Below, in pieces: positions 24,567-34,926 of a stretch of 64,000 nt of DNA (the stretch's first letter is position 1; every line of letters begins with the position of its first letter). Source of the stretch: Alphaproteobacteria bacterium (GTDB lineage Bacteria > Pseudomonadota > Alphaproteobacteria > Rs-D84 > SZUA-605). The notes beneath the pieces are model-generated. The model was given only the letters and a program-made list of their open reading frames with translations. It had not been told where the DNA came from and searched no databases. The stretch covers positions 32,001 through 96,000 of the forward strand of contig JAVBPW010000001.1 in assembly GCA_031549385.1 (NCBI GenBank). Reading direction: 5' to 3'. Made by a program: the position numbers and the translations under genes.

Positions 24567-27404
24567 ATGTCACAAAAACAAGATGATAAGAATTCAATAA
24601 TTGTAGATAAAAATATAGAACAAGTTGGTATAGTTAAGGAAATGGAAACAAGCTATCTTGAATATGCTATGTCCGTTATTGTTTCACGTGCACTTCCAGA
24701 TGTTCGAGATGGATTTAAACCAGTTCACAGACGTGTTCTTTATGGTATGAAAGAAAATGGGTCTACACATAATAAACCTTACACAAAATCTGCTAATACC
24801 GTTGGTTATGTTATGGGAAATTATCACCCTCATGGTGACACTGCTATTTATATGACACTTGTTCGTATGGCTCAACCATTTTCTATGGGATTGCCATTGA
24901 TTGATGGACAAGGAAACTTTGGTTCTATTGACGGTGATAGCCCTGCTGCTATGCGTTATACTGAATCTCGTTTAGCTTCTATTGCTCAACATCTTTTAGC
25001 TGATCTTGAAAAAGATGTGGTTGATTTTAGACCTAATTACGATGAACGTTTAATGGAACCTTCTGTACTTCCTGTAAAATTTCCACAACTTTTAGTTAAT
25101 GGAACTGGTGGTATTGCTGTTGGTATGGCTACAAATATTCCTACACACAACTTGGGTGAAGTTATTGATGCTACTATTGCTTTAATACATAACCCTGAAC
25201 TTACTGTTGAAGATTTGTTGCAATATGTACCTGCTCCTGATTTTCCAACTGGAGGTATGATTTTAGGTCGTCGTGGATCTCAATCTGCACTTCTTACAGG
25301 AAAAGGCTCAGTTGTTATGCGTGGACGCACTCATATTGAAGAAATCGGTGGACATGAAGCTATTATTGTTACTGAAATTCCATACCAAGTTAATAAAACT
25401 GAACTTATTAAAAAAATTCAAGAACTTGTTAAAGATAAAAAGATTGAAGGAATTTCTGCTATTCGTGATGAATCAGACAGACATGGAATTCGTTTAGTTG
25501 TTGAACTTAAAAAAGACGCTTTTGGTGAAATTATTTTAAATCAACTTTTCAAAATGACACCATTGCAAAGTAATTTCCCTGTAAACATGTTAGCTATTAG
25601 CAATGGAAGACCAGGTATTTTAAACTTGAAAGAAATATTAGATGCATTTATTGAATTCAGAAAAGAAGTTGTACGTAGATACTGTATTTTCGATTTAGAT
25701 AAATCTCGTAATAAAGCTCATAATTTAGTAGGACTTTCTATTGCTGTTGCTAATATCGACGAAGTTATTAATTTAATCCGTAAATCTAAAGATCCAAGAG
25801 ATGCTCGTGAACAATTGCTTGCTCGTGAATGGAACGCTGATGTTGTTGCTCCATTAATTGAACTTATCGATGATCCTTTAAGCAAAATTATTAACGGAAA
25901 ATATAAATTATCTGAAGCTCAAGCAAAAGCTATTCTTGATTTGCAATTACAAAAATTGACAGGGTTAGAACAAGATAAATTAGCTAATGAAATTACCGAA
26001 ATTGGTGTTGATATTAAAGATTTATTATCTATTTTACGTGATGAAAATAGAATCAAAGAAATTATTATAAATGATCTTAATGATATTAAAACTAATTATG
26101 CAGTTCCTCGTAGAACTGAAATTATCGAATCAGAATTTGAAGCTGATATTGAAGATTTAATTGCTCGTGAAGATATGGTTGTTACTGTTACAAACACAGG
26201 ATATATCAAACGTGTTCCATTATGTACTTATAAAGCTCAAAGACGTGGTGGTAAGGGACGTAATGCTATGAATACTAAAGAAGAAGATTATGTAACAAAA
26301 GTGTTTGTGGCAAATACACATACACCTATTTTATTCTTCTCTGATACAGGTCTTGCTTATAAATTAAAAGTTTATATGTTACCTCTTGGCTCACCTACTT
26401 CACTTGGAAAAGCTTTAGTAAATGTTCTTCCACTTCAAACTGGAGAAAGTATTTCTGAAATGATGCCACTTCCTGAAGATGAAGCATCATGGGATAATAT
26501 GTCTATTATGTTTGCTACACAAAAAGGAACTGTCAGACGTAATAAACTTTCTGATTTCCAAAGTGTAAGAGCTAATGGAAAGATTGCTATGAAATTAGAA
26601 AATGGAGAAAGATTAGTTAACGTTAAAGTTTGTGACGAATCACATGACGTGTTGCTATCTTTAAAAGGTGGAAAATGTATCCGCTTCCCTGCTTCTGCTA
26701 TCAGAGTTTTTGCTTCTCGTAATTCTGTTGGTGTTAGAGGTGTAAAACTTTCTAAAGGTGATGAGGTTATTTGTATGTCTATTATCAATCATACTGATTT
26801 AGATTCTGAAACACGTGCTGCTTATATCAAAGAATCACGCGCTCGCAGAAGAGATGAAGTATTGGCTGGAGATGAAGAGGCAAATACTACTTCAACTGTT
26901 ACACTATCTGAAGCAGATTTCAAAAAGTATGAAAGCGAAGAAGAATTCATTTTAACAGTTTCTGATACTGGATTTGGAAAACGTTCAAGTGCTTATGAAT
27001 ATAGAATTACTAACAGAGGTGGATCTGGAATTACTGGTATTAAACTTGGGGATAAATCTAAGGGAGTTGTTGCTTCTATGAAAATTGAAGATCATCAAGA
27101 AATTATACTTGTTACAGACCAAGGTAAGTTAATCAGAATTCCTGTAGAAAATATCAGAATTGCTGGAAGATCAACTATGGGTGTTACACTATTTAAAGTG
27201 GACGATAAAGAAAAAGTAGTTGGTGTTGCAGTTGTTGATATTGATGAAGATGAAAATGAAGAAGCATTCGAAAAATGCGATATTGATGCAGGAAATATTA
27301 TTGCTGATGAACTTGATAGCAGCAAAAATATAGAAACTGTAATTCAAGAAACTGAAGAAGTTGTTGAAGACGAAGGTGTTGTAAAGACAGATTTGTTTGA
27401 ATAA
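24567..27404 (+). CDS. gyrA: DNA gyrase subunit A
   Basis: YHPHGD, AAMRYTE, GyrA box QRRGGKG. Confidence 0.97.
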   Translation: MSQKQDDKNSIIVDKNIEQVGIVKEMETSYLEYAMSVIVSRALPDVRDGFKPVHRRVLYGMKENGSTHNKPYTKSANTVGYVMGNYHPHGDTAIYMTLVRMAQPFSMGLPLIDGQGNFGSIDGDSPAAMRYTESRLASIAQHLLADLEKDVVDFRPNYDERLMEPSVLPVKFPQLLVNGTGGIAVGMATNIPTHNLGEVIDATIALIHNPELTVEDLLQYVPAPDFPTGGMILGRRGSQSALLTGKGSVVMRGRTHIEEIGGHEAIIVTEIPYQVNKTELIKKIQELVKDKKIEGISAIRDESDRHGIRLVVELKKDAFGEIILNQLFKMTPLQSNFPVNMLAISNGRPGILNLKEILDAFIEFRKEVVRRYCIFDLDKSRNKAHNLVGLSIAVANIDEVINLIRKSKDPRDAREQLLAREWNADVVAPLIELIDDPLSKIINGKYKLSEAQAKAILDLQLQKLTGLEQDKLANEITEIGVDIKDLLSILRDENRIKEIIINDLNDIKTNYAVPRRTEIIESEFEADIEDLIAREDMVVTVTNTGYIKRVPLCTYKAQRRGGKGRNAMNTKEEDYVTKVFVANTHTPILFFSDTGLAYKLKVYMLPLGSPTSLGKALVNVLPLQTGESISEMMPLPEDEASWDNMSIMFATQKGTVRRNKLSDFQSVRANGKIAMKLENGERLVNVKVCDESHDVLLSLKGGKCIRFPASAIRVFASRNSVGVRGVKLSKGDEVICMSIINHTDLDSETRAAYIKESRARRRDEVLAGDEEANTTSTVTLSEADFKKYESEEEFILTVSDTGFGKRSSAYEYRITNRGGSGITGIKLGDKSKGVVASMKIEDHQEIILVTDQGKLIRIPVENIRIAGRSTMGVTLFKVDDKEKVVGVAVVDIDEDENEEAFEKCDIDAGNIIADELDSSKNIETVIQETEEVVEDEGVVKTDLFE

Positions 27405-27432
27405 TTTACTAAGTTTTAATAAATTTTACTTT

Positions 27433-27458
27433 AAAGCTCTGTTTATCAGAGCTTTTTT
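27433..27458 (+). terminator. gyrA terminator
   Basis: AAAGCTCTG/CAGAGCTTT followed by a T run. Confidence 0.75.
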
Positions 27459-27539
27459 ATTACAAGTTTAGACTTGACAAATGAGGAGTTTTGTAGGAAT
27501 ATGAAACTGACATAATTATATTAAACTTAATTTAAACAT

Positions 27540-27863
27540 ATGGAAAAAGAATCAAAAAACTTTACCTTATTTCCAGTAGGGGCAGACTTATGGAGAGTCG
27601 AACGAAAATTAACCGGAACCCTAATTGAAATTAACGGAGAAACTGAAATCCCTGTTATTGGATTTTCACCGGAACGTGAAATCCTTTATGTTCTTGATAG
27701 AGAACGTGGGGAAGACCCTTTACCTGACGATGTTGGTGAGGAAGTTATCCGAGAATGGAAAATTGGAAATTTGGGAAAACCCAAACTTGTAGATACCTAT
27801 GAAGGGTTTTCTATGAGAGGCCTTATGGAGGAATTGGGAGTTTTTGAGGAAGAGGAAGCTTAA
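27540..27863 (+). CDS. Orphan acidic protein, paralog of 27944-28216
   Basis: TTGACA at 27474; leader AAACTTAATTTAAACATATG; terminator 27888-27913. Confidence 0.7.
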   Translation: MEKESKNFTLFPVGADLWRVERKLTGTLIEINGETEIPVIGFSPEREILYVLDRERGEDPLPDDVGEEVIREWKIGNLGKPKLVDTYEGFSMRGLMEELGVFEEEEA

Positions 27864-27943
27864 GGCTTCACGGTTTAACTTTTATTCGCCGCCCTTATTG
27901 TGGGCGGTTTTTTTACAGATTACATTTAAATAATATATAAATC

Positions 27944-28216
27944 ATGATTAGAATTGGTTATAAAGAAATCCCTTTAGACAATGGGTTGTCTAGAATTGAA
28001 AAAGACACTGGAGAAGTTATTTCATTTAATGGAAAAACTGACGTAAAAATCTTGTTTAATCAAGGTACTTTAATTTTTCTTGAAGTTTTAACTCCTCTAG
28101 CTGAATTAACCGTTGAAGAATGGTTCTTAGGAGAAAAAGTGTTTATTATAGAAACACTTACTGGTCAAGAAGCTCAAATACAAAAAAGACATTTATTAGA
28201 GGGTAGCAGTTGCTAG
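27944..28216 (+). CDS. Orphan protein, paralog of 27540-27863
   Basis: Shared R(V/I)E..TG..I..NG.T and EW..G pattern; A-rich SD-less leader. Confidence 0.65.
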   Translation: MIRIGYKEIPLDNGLSRIEKDTGEVISFNGKTDVKILFNQGTLIFLEVLTPLAELTVEEWFLGEKVFIIETLTGQEAQIQKRHLLEGSSC

Positions 28217-28294
28217 CCCTCATTTTTTATTTAGTTGACAAAATTAAAAATGTCTGACAATATGTAAGCCTAAACTTTAAAAAATATATATAAT

Positions 28295-28486
28295 ATGGCA
28301 AACAAAAAAAATGCCTCGGCAGGCGAGACAGCTTACAACCAACATCAAAACACAATTAAATTCCAAGGACCGGTCACCGGGAAAAATAAACCTCATTATG
28401 GCCAATATGCCGCAACAACTCAAGAGTTGCGAGACAAAAGTAAACACTTGGTACAAGGCGGTGATGTTTTTATACCTTGGTGGTAA
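28295..28486 (+). CDS. Orphan 63 aa protein
   Basis: TTGACA-17-CAATAT promoter, AAACTTTAAAAAATATATATAATATG leader, terminator 28512-28530. Confidence 0.6.
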   Translation: MANKKNASAGETAYNQHQNTIKFQGPVTGKNKPHYGQYAATTQELRDKSKHLVQGGDVFIPWW

Positions 28487-28541
28487 AAAAGTAATTAACT
28501 TTAAAAAATTTAGCCAGCTTTATGCTGGCTTTATTTTTTGT

Positions 28542-28982
28542 TTAGAATGGGATTTCATCGTCAACTGATGTATCTGAACCACTTGGTCCTGCAACCTGAC
28601 TTTCATCACCCATATCATGAGATCCGTCACCTGCTCTGTCCATCATTACTATTGAACCTGCGTAATTTGAAATTACTACTTCTGTTGTGTATCTGTCTTG
28701 ACCTGAATTATCTTGCCATTTACGAGTTCTTAGACTTCCTTCTACATAAACACGGCTGCCTTTTTTAAGATATTTTTCTGCTATGTCTGCAAGACCACTT
28801 GAGAACACTACTACTCTGTGCCATTCTGTTCTGTCTTTTCTTTCGCCTGATGATTTGTCTTTCCATACATCTGATGTTGCAAGTGAAAATGTTACTACTT
28901 TATTTCCATCTTGACCATGACGTACTTCTGGATCTTGCCCTAAATTTCCTACTAATATAACTTTGTTGATTGAACTTGGCAT
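28542..28982 (-). CDS. ssb: Single-stranded DNA-binding protein
   Basis: [19 protein letters not shown]-terminal DDEIPF. Confidence 0.97.
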   Translation of the reverse strand: MPSSINKVILVGNLGQDPEVRHGQDGNKVVTFSLATSDVWKDKSSGERKDRTEWHRVVVFSSGLADIAEKYLKKGSRVYVEGSLRTRKWQDNSGQDRYTTEVVISNYAGSIVMMDRAGDGSHDMGDESQVAGPSGSDTSVDDEIPF

Positions 28983-29051
28983 CTCTACTTCCTTTATTTT
29001 AAATTAACTCGCTTTTAAGTTTAATTTAAAATTTGTAAACTGCAAGAACTT

Positions 29052-30044
29052 TTATTCTATATACTTCAAATATGGAGAATATGGATACTCGTATTTTAAT
29101 GCTTTTATTATCTCACAATGCTCTCTGTTTTCACATGTCAAACAATTAGTGTCGTCAAACAAACCATCGTCTTTTTGAAAGTTGATTTTATGAGTCTTTA
29201 TTTGAGTTTGGACTTTATGATTTTTTACTACTGAATATTCTAATTCTAATATTATAGACTTAAGATTCGAATCAGTTGATGATATGCGTAAATCCTTTAA
29301 ATCTGCAGTTTTCAATAGCCAATTACCTTGTTTATCTTTTATACCTTTTGATAAGCATATTGAGGAAGGAAGGTTTCTTATTTTTATAGAATGAAGAAAT
29401 GAATCTTTATCTTCTTTTAATTGAAAATCATGAATTATACTAAACACTTTTTCTAACTTTTCTTTTGGCGAAGAATAGATTTTTACAGGAACTGAGGTAG
29501 ATGTTTTATTTTCAAAAATTGCATTTACAGTTAATACAAAATCCTCAATTTTTTTATTTTTAGGTAATTGAAAAACAAATTCTTTTTGATCATTAAAATT
29601 ATGACACATTATGCAATTTTCTATTTTTTTATCTGATTTTACTTTTATAAATTCTGGAACACCTTCTATTAAAATATTCACCTTTAATTTTGAATCATCA
29701 TACACTTTAGCTAACAACTTTATTTCATCATCTTTAGATGAATGTTTTACTGATAAATATGGAGAGGAAGAAATTTTTGAATCGTTAAAAAACACATTAG
29801 AACTTGCTTCAAAATTATTTGAAATTGCTACTATTAAAAATTGGGATGTTAAAACATCTTGTTTCAATATTAACTCAGTATCTTCATATTGTTTTAAAGT
29901 TAATTTCCATAAACCATTACCCTTTTTTTCTCCGTTTGATAATTCAAATATAGAATCAGACAAAAATAGAACAAATAAATGCCCTTCTTTTACCTTTTCT
30001 TTTACTTGTTTTGGAATAATAGGTAATTTATAACTTGTATTCAC
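29052..30044 (-). CDS. Hypothetical protein with degenerate adhesin-type Ig-like repeats and C-terminal CxxCx5C
   Basis: LSNG...GNGLWKL and LP...LSKG...QGNWLL repeats; CLTCENREHC; AGGAG RBS with GTG start. Confidence 0.65.
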   Translation of the reverse strand: MNTSYKLPIIPKQVKEKVKEGHLFVLFLSDSIFELSNGEKKGNGLWKLTLKQYEDTELILKQDVLTSQFLIVAISNNFEASSNVFFNDSKISSSPYLSVKHSSKDDEIKLLAKVYDDSKLKVNILIEGVPEFIKVKSDKKIENCIMCHNFNDQKEFVFQLPKNKKIEDFVLTVNAIFENKTSTSVPVKIYSSPKEKLEKVFSIIHDFQLKEDKDSFLHSIKIRNLPSSICLSKGIKDKQGNWLLKTADLKDLRISSTDSNLKSIILELEYSVVKNHKVQTQIKTHKINFQKDDGLFDDTNCLTCENREHCEIIKALKYEYPYSPYLKYIE

Positions 30045-30113
30045 CTTAAATCTCCTTTGTTATTATTATAGTAGGAAATTTAAGCTTTTTCAAGTCTTAC
30101 TTGATTTAATTAT

Positions 30114-30542
30114 TTATATTATAGTATTACTAGATTTAATTTTATGAACTTCATTTTCTATGTAAAAATTTAAGGTTATTGTATCCTTAGGTAAAAACGA
30201 TTTTGCAATTTGTGGCCATTCTATCATTGTTATACCATTTGAAAAAAGACCTTGGATATCCAGTTCTATTAATTCTTCTTTGTCGTTTAGGCGATATAAA
30301 TCCAAATGATTTATTATATTGTCTTTTCCTTTATAGACTTGGAGTATAGTAAATGTTGGAGATGGAACTATTGTTTCATTACCTAGCAAATGTTTTATGA
30401 AAGCACGAGCAAAGGTTGTTTTGCCTGTTCCTAAATCTCCATTTAATGCTATTACTTTTGGGGCAGAAATCGAATCAGCCATTTTTCTTGCAAAAGCTTC
30501 CATATCCTGCTGAGTTAAAAATTCATATATCTTTTCTGACAT
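30114..30542 (-). CDS. tsaE: tRNA threonylcarbamoyladenosine biosynthesis ATPase TsaE
   Basis: GDLGTGKTT, SPTF, HLDLYRL, IEW. Confidence 0.95.
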   Translation of the reverse strand: MSEKIYEFLTQQDMEAFARKMADSISAPKVIALNGDLGTGKTTFARAFIKHLLGNETIVPSPTFTILQVYKGKDNIINHLDLYRLNDKEELIELDIQGLFSNGITMIEWPQIAKSFLPKDTITLNFYIENEVHKIKSSNTII

Positions 30543-31543
30543 TAGAATATTGCAAACCCCATTGTCTTTTTTACTGCATCTACTTTCTTTGATGCTGTTT
30601 GACGGGCAGTGTCTGCACCTTTTTTCAAAATAGACTCTAAATAATCTTTGTTATTCATTAACTCATTTGTTTTATCTCTGATTGGAGCTACACACTCAAT
30701 TACCTTTTCTGTGAGAATCGGTTTGAATGTTCCAAAATTATTTCCAGCAAACTCTTTTACTGTATCTGATAATGATAATCCTGAAAGAGATGAATAAATT
30801 GTTAATAGGTTTTTAACCTCTGGACGCGAATCGAGAGCTTTTATATTATCTGGTATTGGTTCTGTATCTGTCTTTGCTCTTTTGATTTTTGATGCTATTG
30901 CATCGTTGCTATCAAGAAGATAGATAATTCCATTACCTTCATCATCTGACTTACTCATTTTTTTGCTAGCATCTTTCAAAGACATTATGCGAGCACCCTC
31001 TTTCTTTATTACTGGTTGAGGTATTACAAATAAATTTTTTTTATAATCATGATTGAACTTTTGAGCTATATCACGACATAATTCAACATGTTGTTTTTGA
31101 TCATCACCTACTGGTACATGAGTAGAATCATATAATAAAATATCTGCGGCCATTAATGATGGATAAGCATACAAACCTAATGATGCTTTTTCTTTATTTG
31201 TGCCTGACTTTTCTTTGAACTGTGTCATTCTGTCCATCCAACCTACACGTGCTACACAATTTAATAACCATGCTAGCTCTGAATGTTCTTTAACATGACT
31301 TTGAATGAATAAAGTTGATTTTTTGGGATCTATACCAGATGCTAAATATACTGCCGCTGTTAGGTAACTTCTTCTTAATAAATCTGATGGTTCTTGATAA
31401 ACTGTTATAGCATGTAAATCTGCTACACAAAAATATTTTGTACCATCTTCTTTTTGAGTATCTAACCATTGAGAAACTGCGCCAATTATATGACCTATTG
31501 TTAATTCTCCACTTGGTTTGATACCTGAAAAAATAGTTTTCAT
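30542..31543 (-). CDS. trpS: Tryptophan--tRNA ligase
   Basis: TIGH, YPSLMAADIL, VPVGDDQKQH, KMSKS. Confidence 0.97.
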   Translation of the reverse strand: MKTIFSGIKPSGELTIGHIIGAVSQWLDTQKEDGTKYFCVADLHAITVYQEPSDLLRRSYLTAAVYLASGIDPKKSTLFIQSHVKEHSELAWLLNCVARVGWMDRMTQFKEKSGTNKEKASLGLYAYPSLMAADILLYDSTHVPVGDDQKQHVELCRDIAQKFNHDYKKNLFVIPQPVIKKEGARIMSLKDASKKMSKSDDEGNGIIYLLDSNDAIASKIKRAKTDTEPIPDNIKALDSRPEVKNLLTIYSSLSGLSLSDTVKEFAGNNFGTFKPILTEKVIECVAPIRDKTNELMNNKDYLESILKKGADTARQTASKKVDAVKKTMGFAIF

Positions 31544-31556
31544 TTTTTATCCTTTA

Positions 31557-32180
31557 TTAATAGAAGTCAGCATTTGCATCTTTAACACCATCTGAAGTGT
31601 AAATTTTTTGACGTTTGATTGTAAAAAAATCTTTGCTGAAGCTTTTTGTTTTTTCTATGTTTTGTAATGTTACTCTTGTTGTTAATCCTGTTGCATCTTT
31701 TGTTTCCCAACCTACTAATTCAAATGGTGCTTTGCGGAAGTATATTTTAATATTTCCAACAGCTGGATCTTTTGCAAGAGTTGCAAGTATTTCATAATAT
31801 TCATCAACTTGTTGTGTTTGAATTACTTTGATTTCTTTTCCGTCTAATAAATCTAAATCCTTTTTGAATAAAATTCCTGCTGGTATAGAATTTAAACCTA
31901 TGTGAGTTACTTGGTCTAATTTTTTATCATAATAAATTAAATTCTTTCCATCACTTACCATTTGTTGTGGTGATTTGTAATCCAAACGAATCAATGATGG
32001 GCGGGAAATGTAAAATTCTCCACTGTCTTTTTTTGAGTTTGATGATTGTTGAACAAAGTCACCTTTTATATTTCTTGATTCATTTAAATATTCTTGAACC
32101 CTGATTAATAAATCTTTATCTACGGCAGCGTATGAGTTAGCTGCAAACAATATAGTTAATGCAATTAATAATTTTTTCAT
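31557..32180 (-). CDS. lolA: Outer membrane lipoprotein carrier LolA family protein
   Basis: Signal peptide; GDFVQ, G.FYISRP..IR.DY. Confidence 0.8.
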   Translation of the reverse strand: MKKLLIALTILFAANSYAAVDKDLLIRVQEYLNESRNIKGDFVQQSSNSKKDSGEFYISRPSLIRLDYKSPQQMVSDGKNLIYYDKKLDQVTHIGLNSIPAGILFKKDLDLLDGKEIKVIQTQQVDEYYEILATLAKDPAVGNIKIYFRKAPFELVGWETKDATGLTTRVTLQNIEKTKSFSKDFFTIKRQKIYTSDGVKDANADFY

Positions 32181-32276
32181 ATCTTTTCCTCTTTATACAT
32201 ATGTACGTTGTATTATAAATTTGTATTCGGTCGAAAGCAAGAATATTATAAAAACGTGAAAATAGTATTAAAATAA

Positions 32277-32301
32277 AAAAGCGGAGATTTTCTCCGCTTT
32301 T
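32277..32301 (-). terminator. rplQ/alpha operon terminator
   Basis: AAAAGCGGAGA/TCTCCGCTTTT. Confidence 0.75.
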
Positions 32302-32322
32302 CTTTATTTTTCAAGTAATTAA

Positions 32323-32877
32323 TTATTTTGATTTTTCGTTACGTTGAACTTTTGTAACTTTTGTTGAAGATGTAGCTTTTGAAACTTTACCTTTGTTCAT
32401 GTCTGCTTTTTCTTCTTTCATTACTTTTTTATCTGCATGTTCTTCGTGTGATGATGAGATGGCCGCTTTTTTCATTGCTTCTGCTCTTGCTTTATCTGCT
32501 TTTCCTTTTGCAGTTACATCACGGTCTACGAATTCTATGATAGCCATTGGAGCTAAATCACCATAACGGAAACCTGCTTTTAATACTCTTACATATCCGC
32601 CATTTCTTTTTTCATAACGTTTTCCAAGAACTTCAAAAAGTTTTTTTGCAGCTTCTGGATTGCTTTTTAAAATGTCGTTTGCTTTTTTCTTTGAAGCAAG
32701 ATCACCTTTCTTAGCAAGTGTTATTAATTTTTCTACAAAAGATCTTAGGTCTTTAGCTTTTGGTAATGTTGTTTCGATTTGTTCGTGAATAATTAAAGCT
32801 GTAGCTAAATTTTCAAACATAGCTTTTCTATGTTCTTTAGTTACGTTTAACTTTCTTCCTTTCATTGCGTGTCTCAT
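32323..32877 (-). CDS. rplQ: 50S ribosomal protein L17 with C-terminal extension
   Basis: MRH..GRKL, HRKAM, TTLPKAK, RNGGY. Confidence 0.96.
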   Translation of the reverse strand: MRHAMKGRKLNVTKEHRKAMFENLATALIIHEQIETTLPKAKDLRSFVEKLITLAKKGDLASKKKANDILKSNPEAAKKLFEVLGKRYEKRNGGYVRVLKAGFRYGDLAPMAIIEFVDRDVTAKGKADKARAEAMKKAAISSSHEEHADKKVMKEEKADMNKGKVSKATSSTKVTKVQRNEKSK

Positions 32878-32962
32878 TTTATTTCCTTTTATCTTTTGCT
32901 TTACGCGGATTAAACAAAAGTTCCTACCCAGTTGCCCAGTATAGGAACTATATTATGTTAAA

Positions 32963-33982
32963 TTATTTGTATGGGTCTTCGTATTTTTTTGCGAGTTCTT
33001 CTAGGTTTTCAGGTGGGAAACCAACTACTGTCATACCTAAATGAAGTCCCATTTGTTCAAGTTGTGCCTTGATTTCATTTAATGATTTTCTTCCAAAGTT
33101 TGGTGTTTTTAGCATATCATTTTCTGTTTTTTGTACCAATTCACCAATATATGTTATGTTATCATTCTTTAAGCAATTGTTTGCTCTTACTGATAATTCT
33201 AATTCATCTACTTTCTTTAATAACTTTGGATCGAATGGAAGAGATGCAGCTGCGTCTTGTTTTGTAACTGTTTCTTTTTCTTCAAAGTTAATAAATAATG
33301 ATAATTGGTCTTTCAAAATTCTTGCTGCATATGCTACACAATCTTCTGGTAAGAATGCACCATTTGTTTTTACTGTTAATAACAATTTATCAAAGTCTGT
33401 ATTTTGTCCTACACGAGCTGAGTCTACTTCAATTGCTACATTCTTTACTGGTGAAAAAATAGAATCAATTGATATATATCCTACTACTTGTTCTTTTGGA
33501 GCATTTTGTTCAGATGTTTTATATCCTTTTCCAGTTGTTGCTGTAAATTCAATTTCTAATTTTGCATCTGCATCAAGATTGCAAATTACAAAATCTGGAT
33601 TGATAATTTCTACATCAGATGGACATGAAATCATTCCTGCTGTTACTACTTTTGGTCCTGTAACTTTAAGAGATAATTTTTTGATACCTTCTGCATGTTG
33701 TTTAACAACTACTTCTTTTATATTCAATATAAAATCTGTAATATCTTCTTTCATACCTTTGATAGTTGAAAATTCATGCACTGCACCTTCAATTTTCATA
33801 CCTATGATTGCTGCACCTTGTAGTGAAGACAAAAGCACTCTTCTTAATGCAACACCCAATGTCATACCAAACCCTTTTTCAAGAGGAGCGGCTACTATTG
33901 TTGCAATATTATTTTTTTCATCTTTATTTTCCAATAAGATTTTTTCTGGTTTTGTTAAGTCCATCCAATTATGTTGTATCAC
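32963..33982 (-). CDS. rpoA: RNA polymerase subunit alpha
   Basis: PLEKGFG.TLG.ALRRVLLSS, ELSVRANNCL, NFGRKSL. Confidence 0.97.
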   Translation of the reverse strand: MIQHNWMDLTKPEKILLENKDEKNNIATIVAAPLEKGFGMTLGVALRRVLLSSLQGAAIIGMKIEGAVHEFSTIKGMKEDITDFILNIKEVVVKQHAEGIKKLSLKVTGPKVVTAGMISCPSDVEIINPDFVICNLDADAKLEIEFTATTGKGYKTSEQNAPKEQVVGYISIDSIFSPVKNVAIEVDSARVGQNTDFDKLLLTVKTNGAFLPEDCVAYAARILKDQLSLFINFEEKETVTKQDAAASLPFDPKLLKKVDELELSVRANNCLKNDNITYIGELVQKTENDMLKTPNFGRKSLNEIKAQLEQMGLHLGMTVVGFPPENLEELAKKYEDPYK

Positions 33983-34022
33983 TGCGTGCCTCCGTTTAAA
34001 TTAAAATTTTATATTCTTGGTA

Positions 34023-34436
34023 TTATATGCGGCGGGCTTTTTTAGGGCGACATCCGTTATGTGGAACTTTTGTAATATCTGTTACAGTATTTACTACTAG
34101 TCCTGCTGTTTGTAACGCTCTTAAAGCTGCTTCACGGCCTGATCCTGGACCTTCTAATTGAACGTCTACATTTTTCAAACCCATTTCCATAGCTTTTCTT
34201 GCTGCGTCTTCTGTTGTTGTTTGAGCAGCATAAGGAGTTGATTTTTTTGCCCCTTTAAATCCGTGACAACCAGATGTTGACCAAGAAATTACATTTCCAG
34301 CCATATCTGTGATTGTTACTCTGGTATTATTGAATGTTGCAAGAACTTTAGCTATTCCTGATACAATATTCTTCTTTACCTTTTTTTTAACGATTTTTTT
34401 GCCGTCTTTTTTTACTTCTTTTTTTACTTCAGCCAT
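34023..34436 (-). CDS. rpsK: 30S ribosomal protein S11
   Basis: [27 protein letters not shown]. Confidence 0.97.
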   Translation of the reverse strand: MAEVKKEVKKDGKKIVKKKVKKNIVSGIAKVLATFNNTRVTITDMAGNVISWSTSGCHGFKGAKKSTPYAAQTTTEDAARKAMEMGLKNVDVQLEGPGSGREAALRALQTAGLVVNTVTDITKVPHNGCRPKKARRI

Positions 34437-34438
34437 TA

Positions 34439-34816
34439 TTACTTACCTTCTTTCTTTTTTCCTGCAATTGCAACAGCTTTACCCTTACGAGTTCTTGCAT
34501 TTGTTCTTGTTCTTTGTCCATTTACTGGTAATTTTTTTGAATGTCTTATACCTTTGTAAGATCTTAAGTCTTGCATTCTTTTTATATTAACAGAAACTTC
34601 ACGTCTTAAGTCACCTTCTACCTTATGATTCTTATCAATGAATTCACGAATTTTTAAAACATCTTCATCTGTTAATTTATTTACTCGCAACATTGGGTCT
34701 ATTTTCAACTTCTTACAAATTTCTTTTGAAGTTGTTTGACCTATTCCGTATATGTAAGTAAGCGCGATAAATGTTGGTTTATCTGTTGGGATATTAACTC
34801 CTGCAATACGAGCCAT
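34439..34816 (-). CDS. rpsM: 30S ribosomal protein S13
   Basis: [28 protein letters not shown]. Confidence 0.97.
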   Translation of the reverse strand: MARIAGVNIPTDKPTFIALTYIYGIGQTTSKEICKKLKIDPMLRVNKLTDEDVLKIREFIDKNHKVEGDLRREVSVNIKRMQDLRSYKGIRHSKKLPVNGQRTRTNARTRKGKAVAIAGKKKEGK

Positions 34817-34926
34817 TTATACTCCTTTTTCGTTTTTTTTATTTTTTTTCTCGTTAAGTTTAAGACTTTTTTTAAAAAAGTCAAATAAAAACTCGTTATT
34901 CAAGTTTTTACTTTTGGGTAACGTTT

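Noticed and set aside
33069-34004. 311 aa ORF antisense to rpoA (and similar shadows on tkt, gyrA, r-proteins, dnaK)
   Set aside because: In-register antisense frames expected from the codon bias of highly expressed genes; no protein-like motifs
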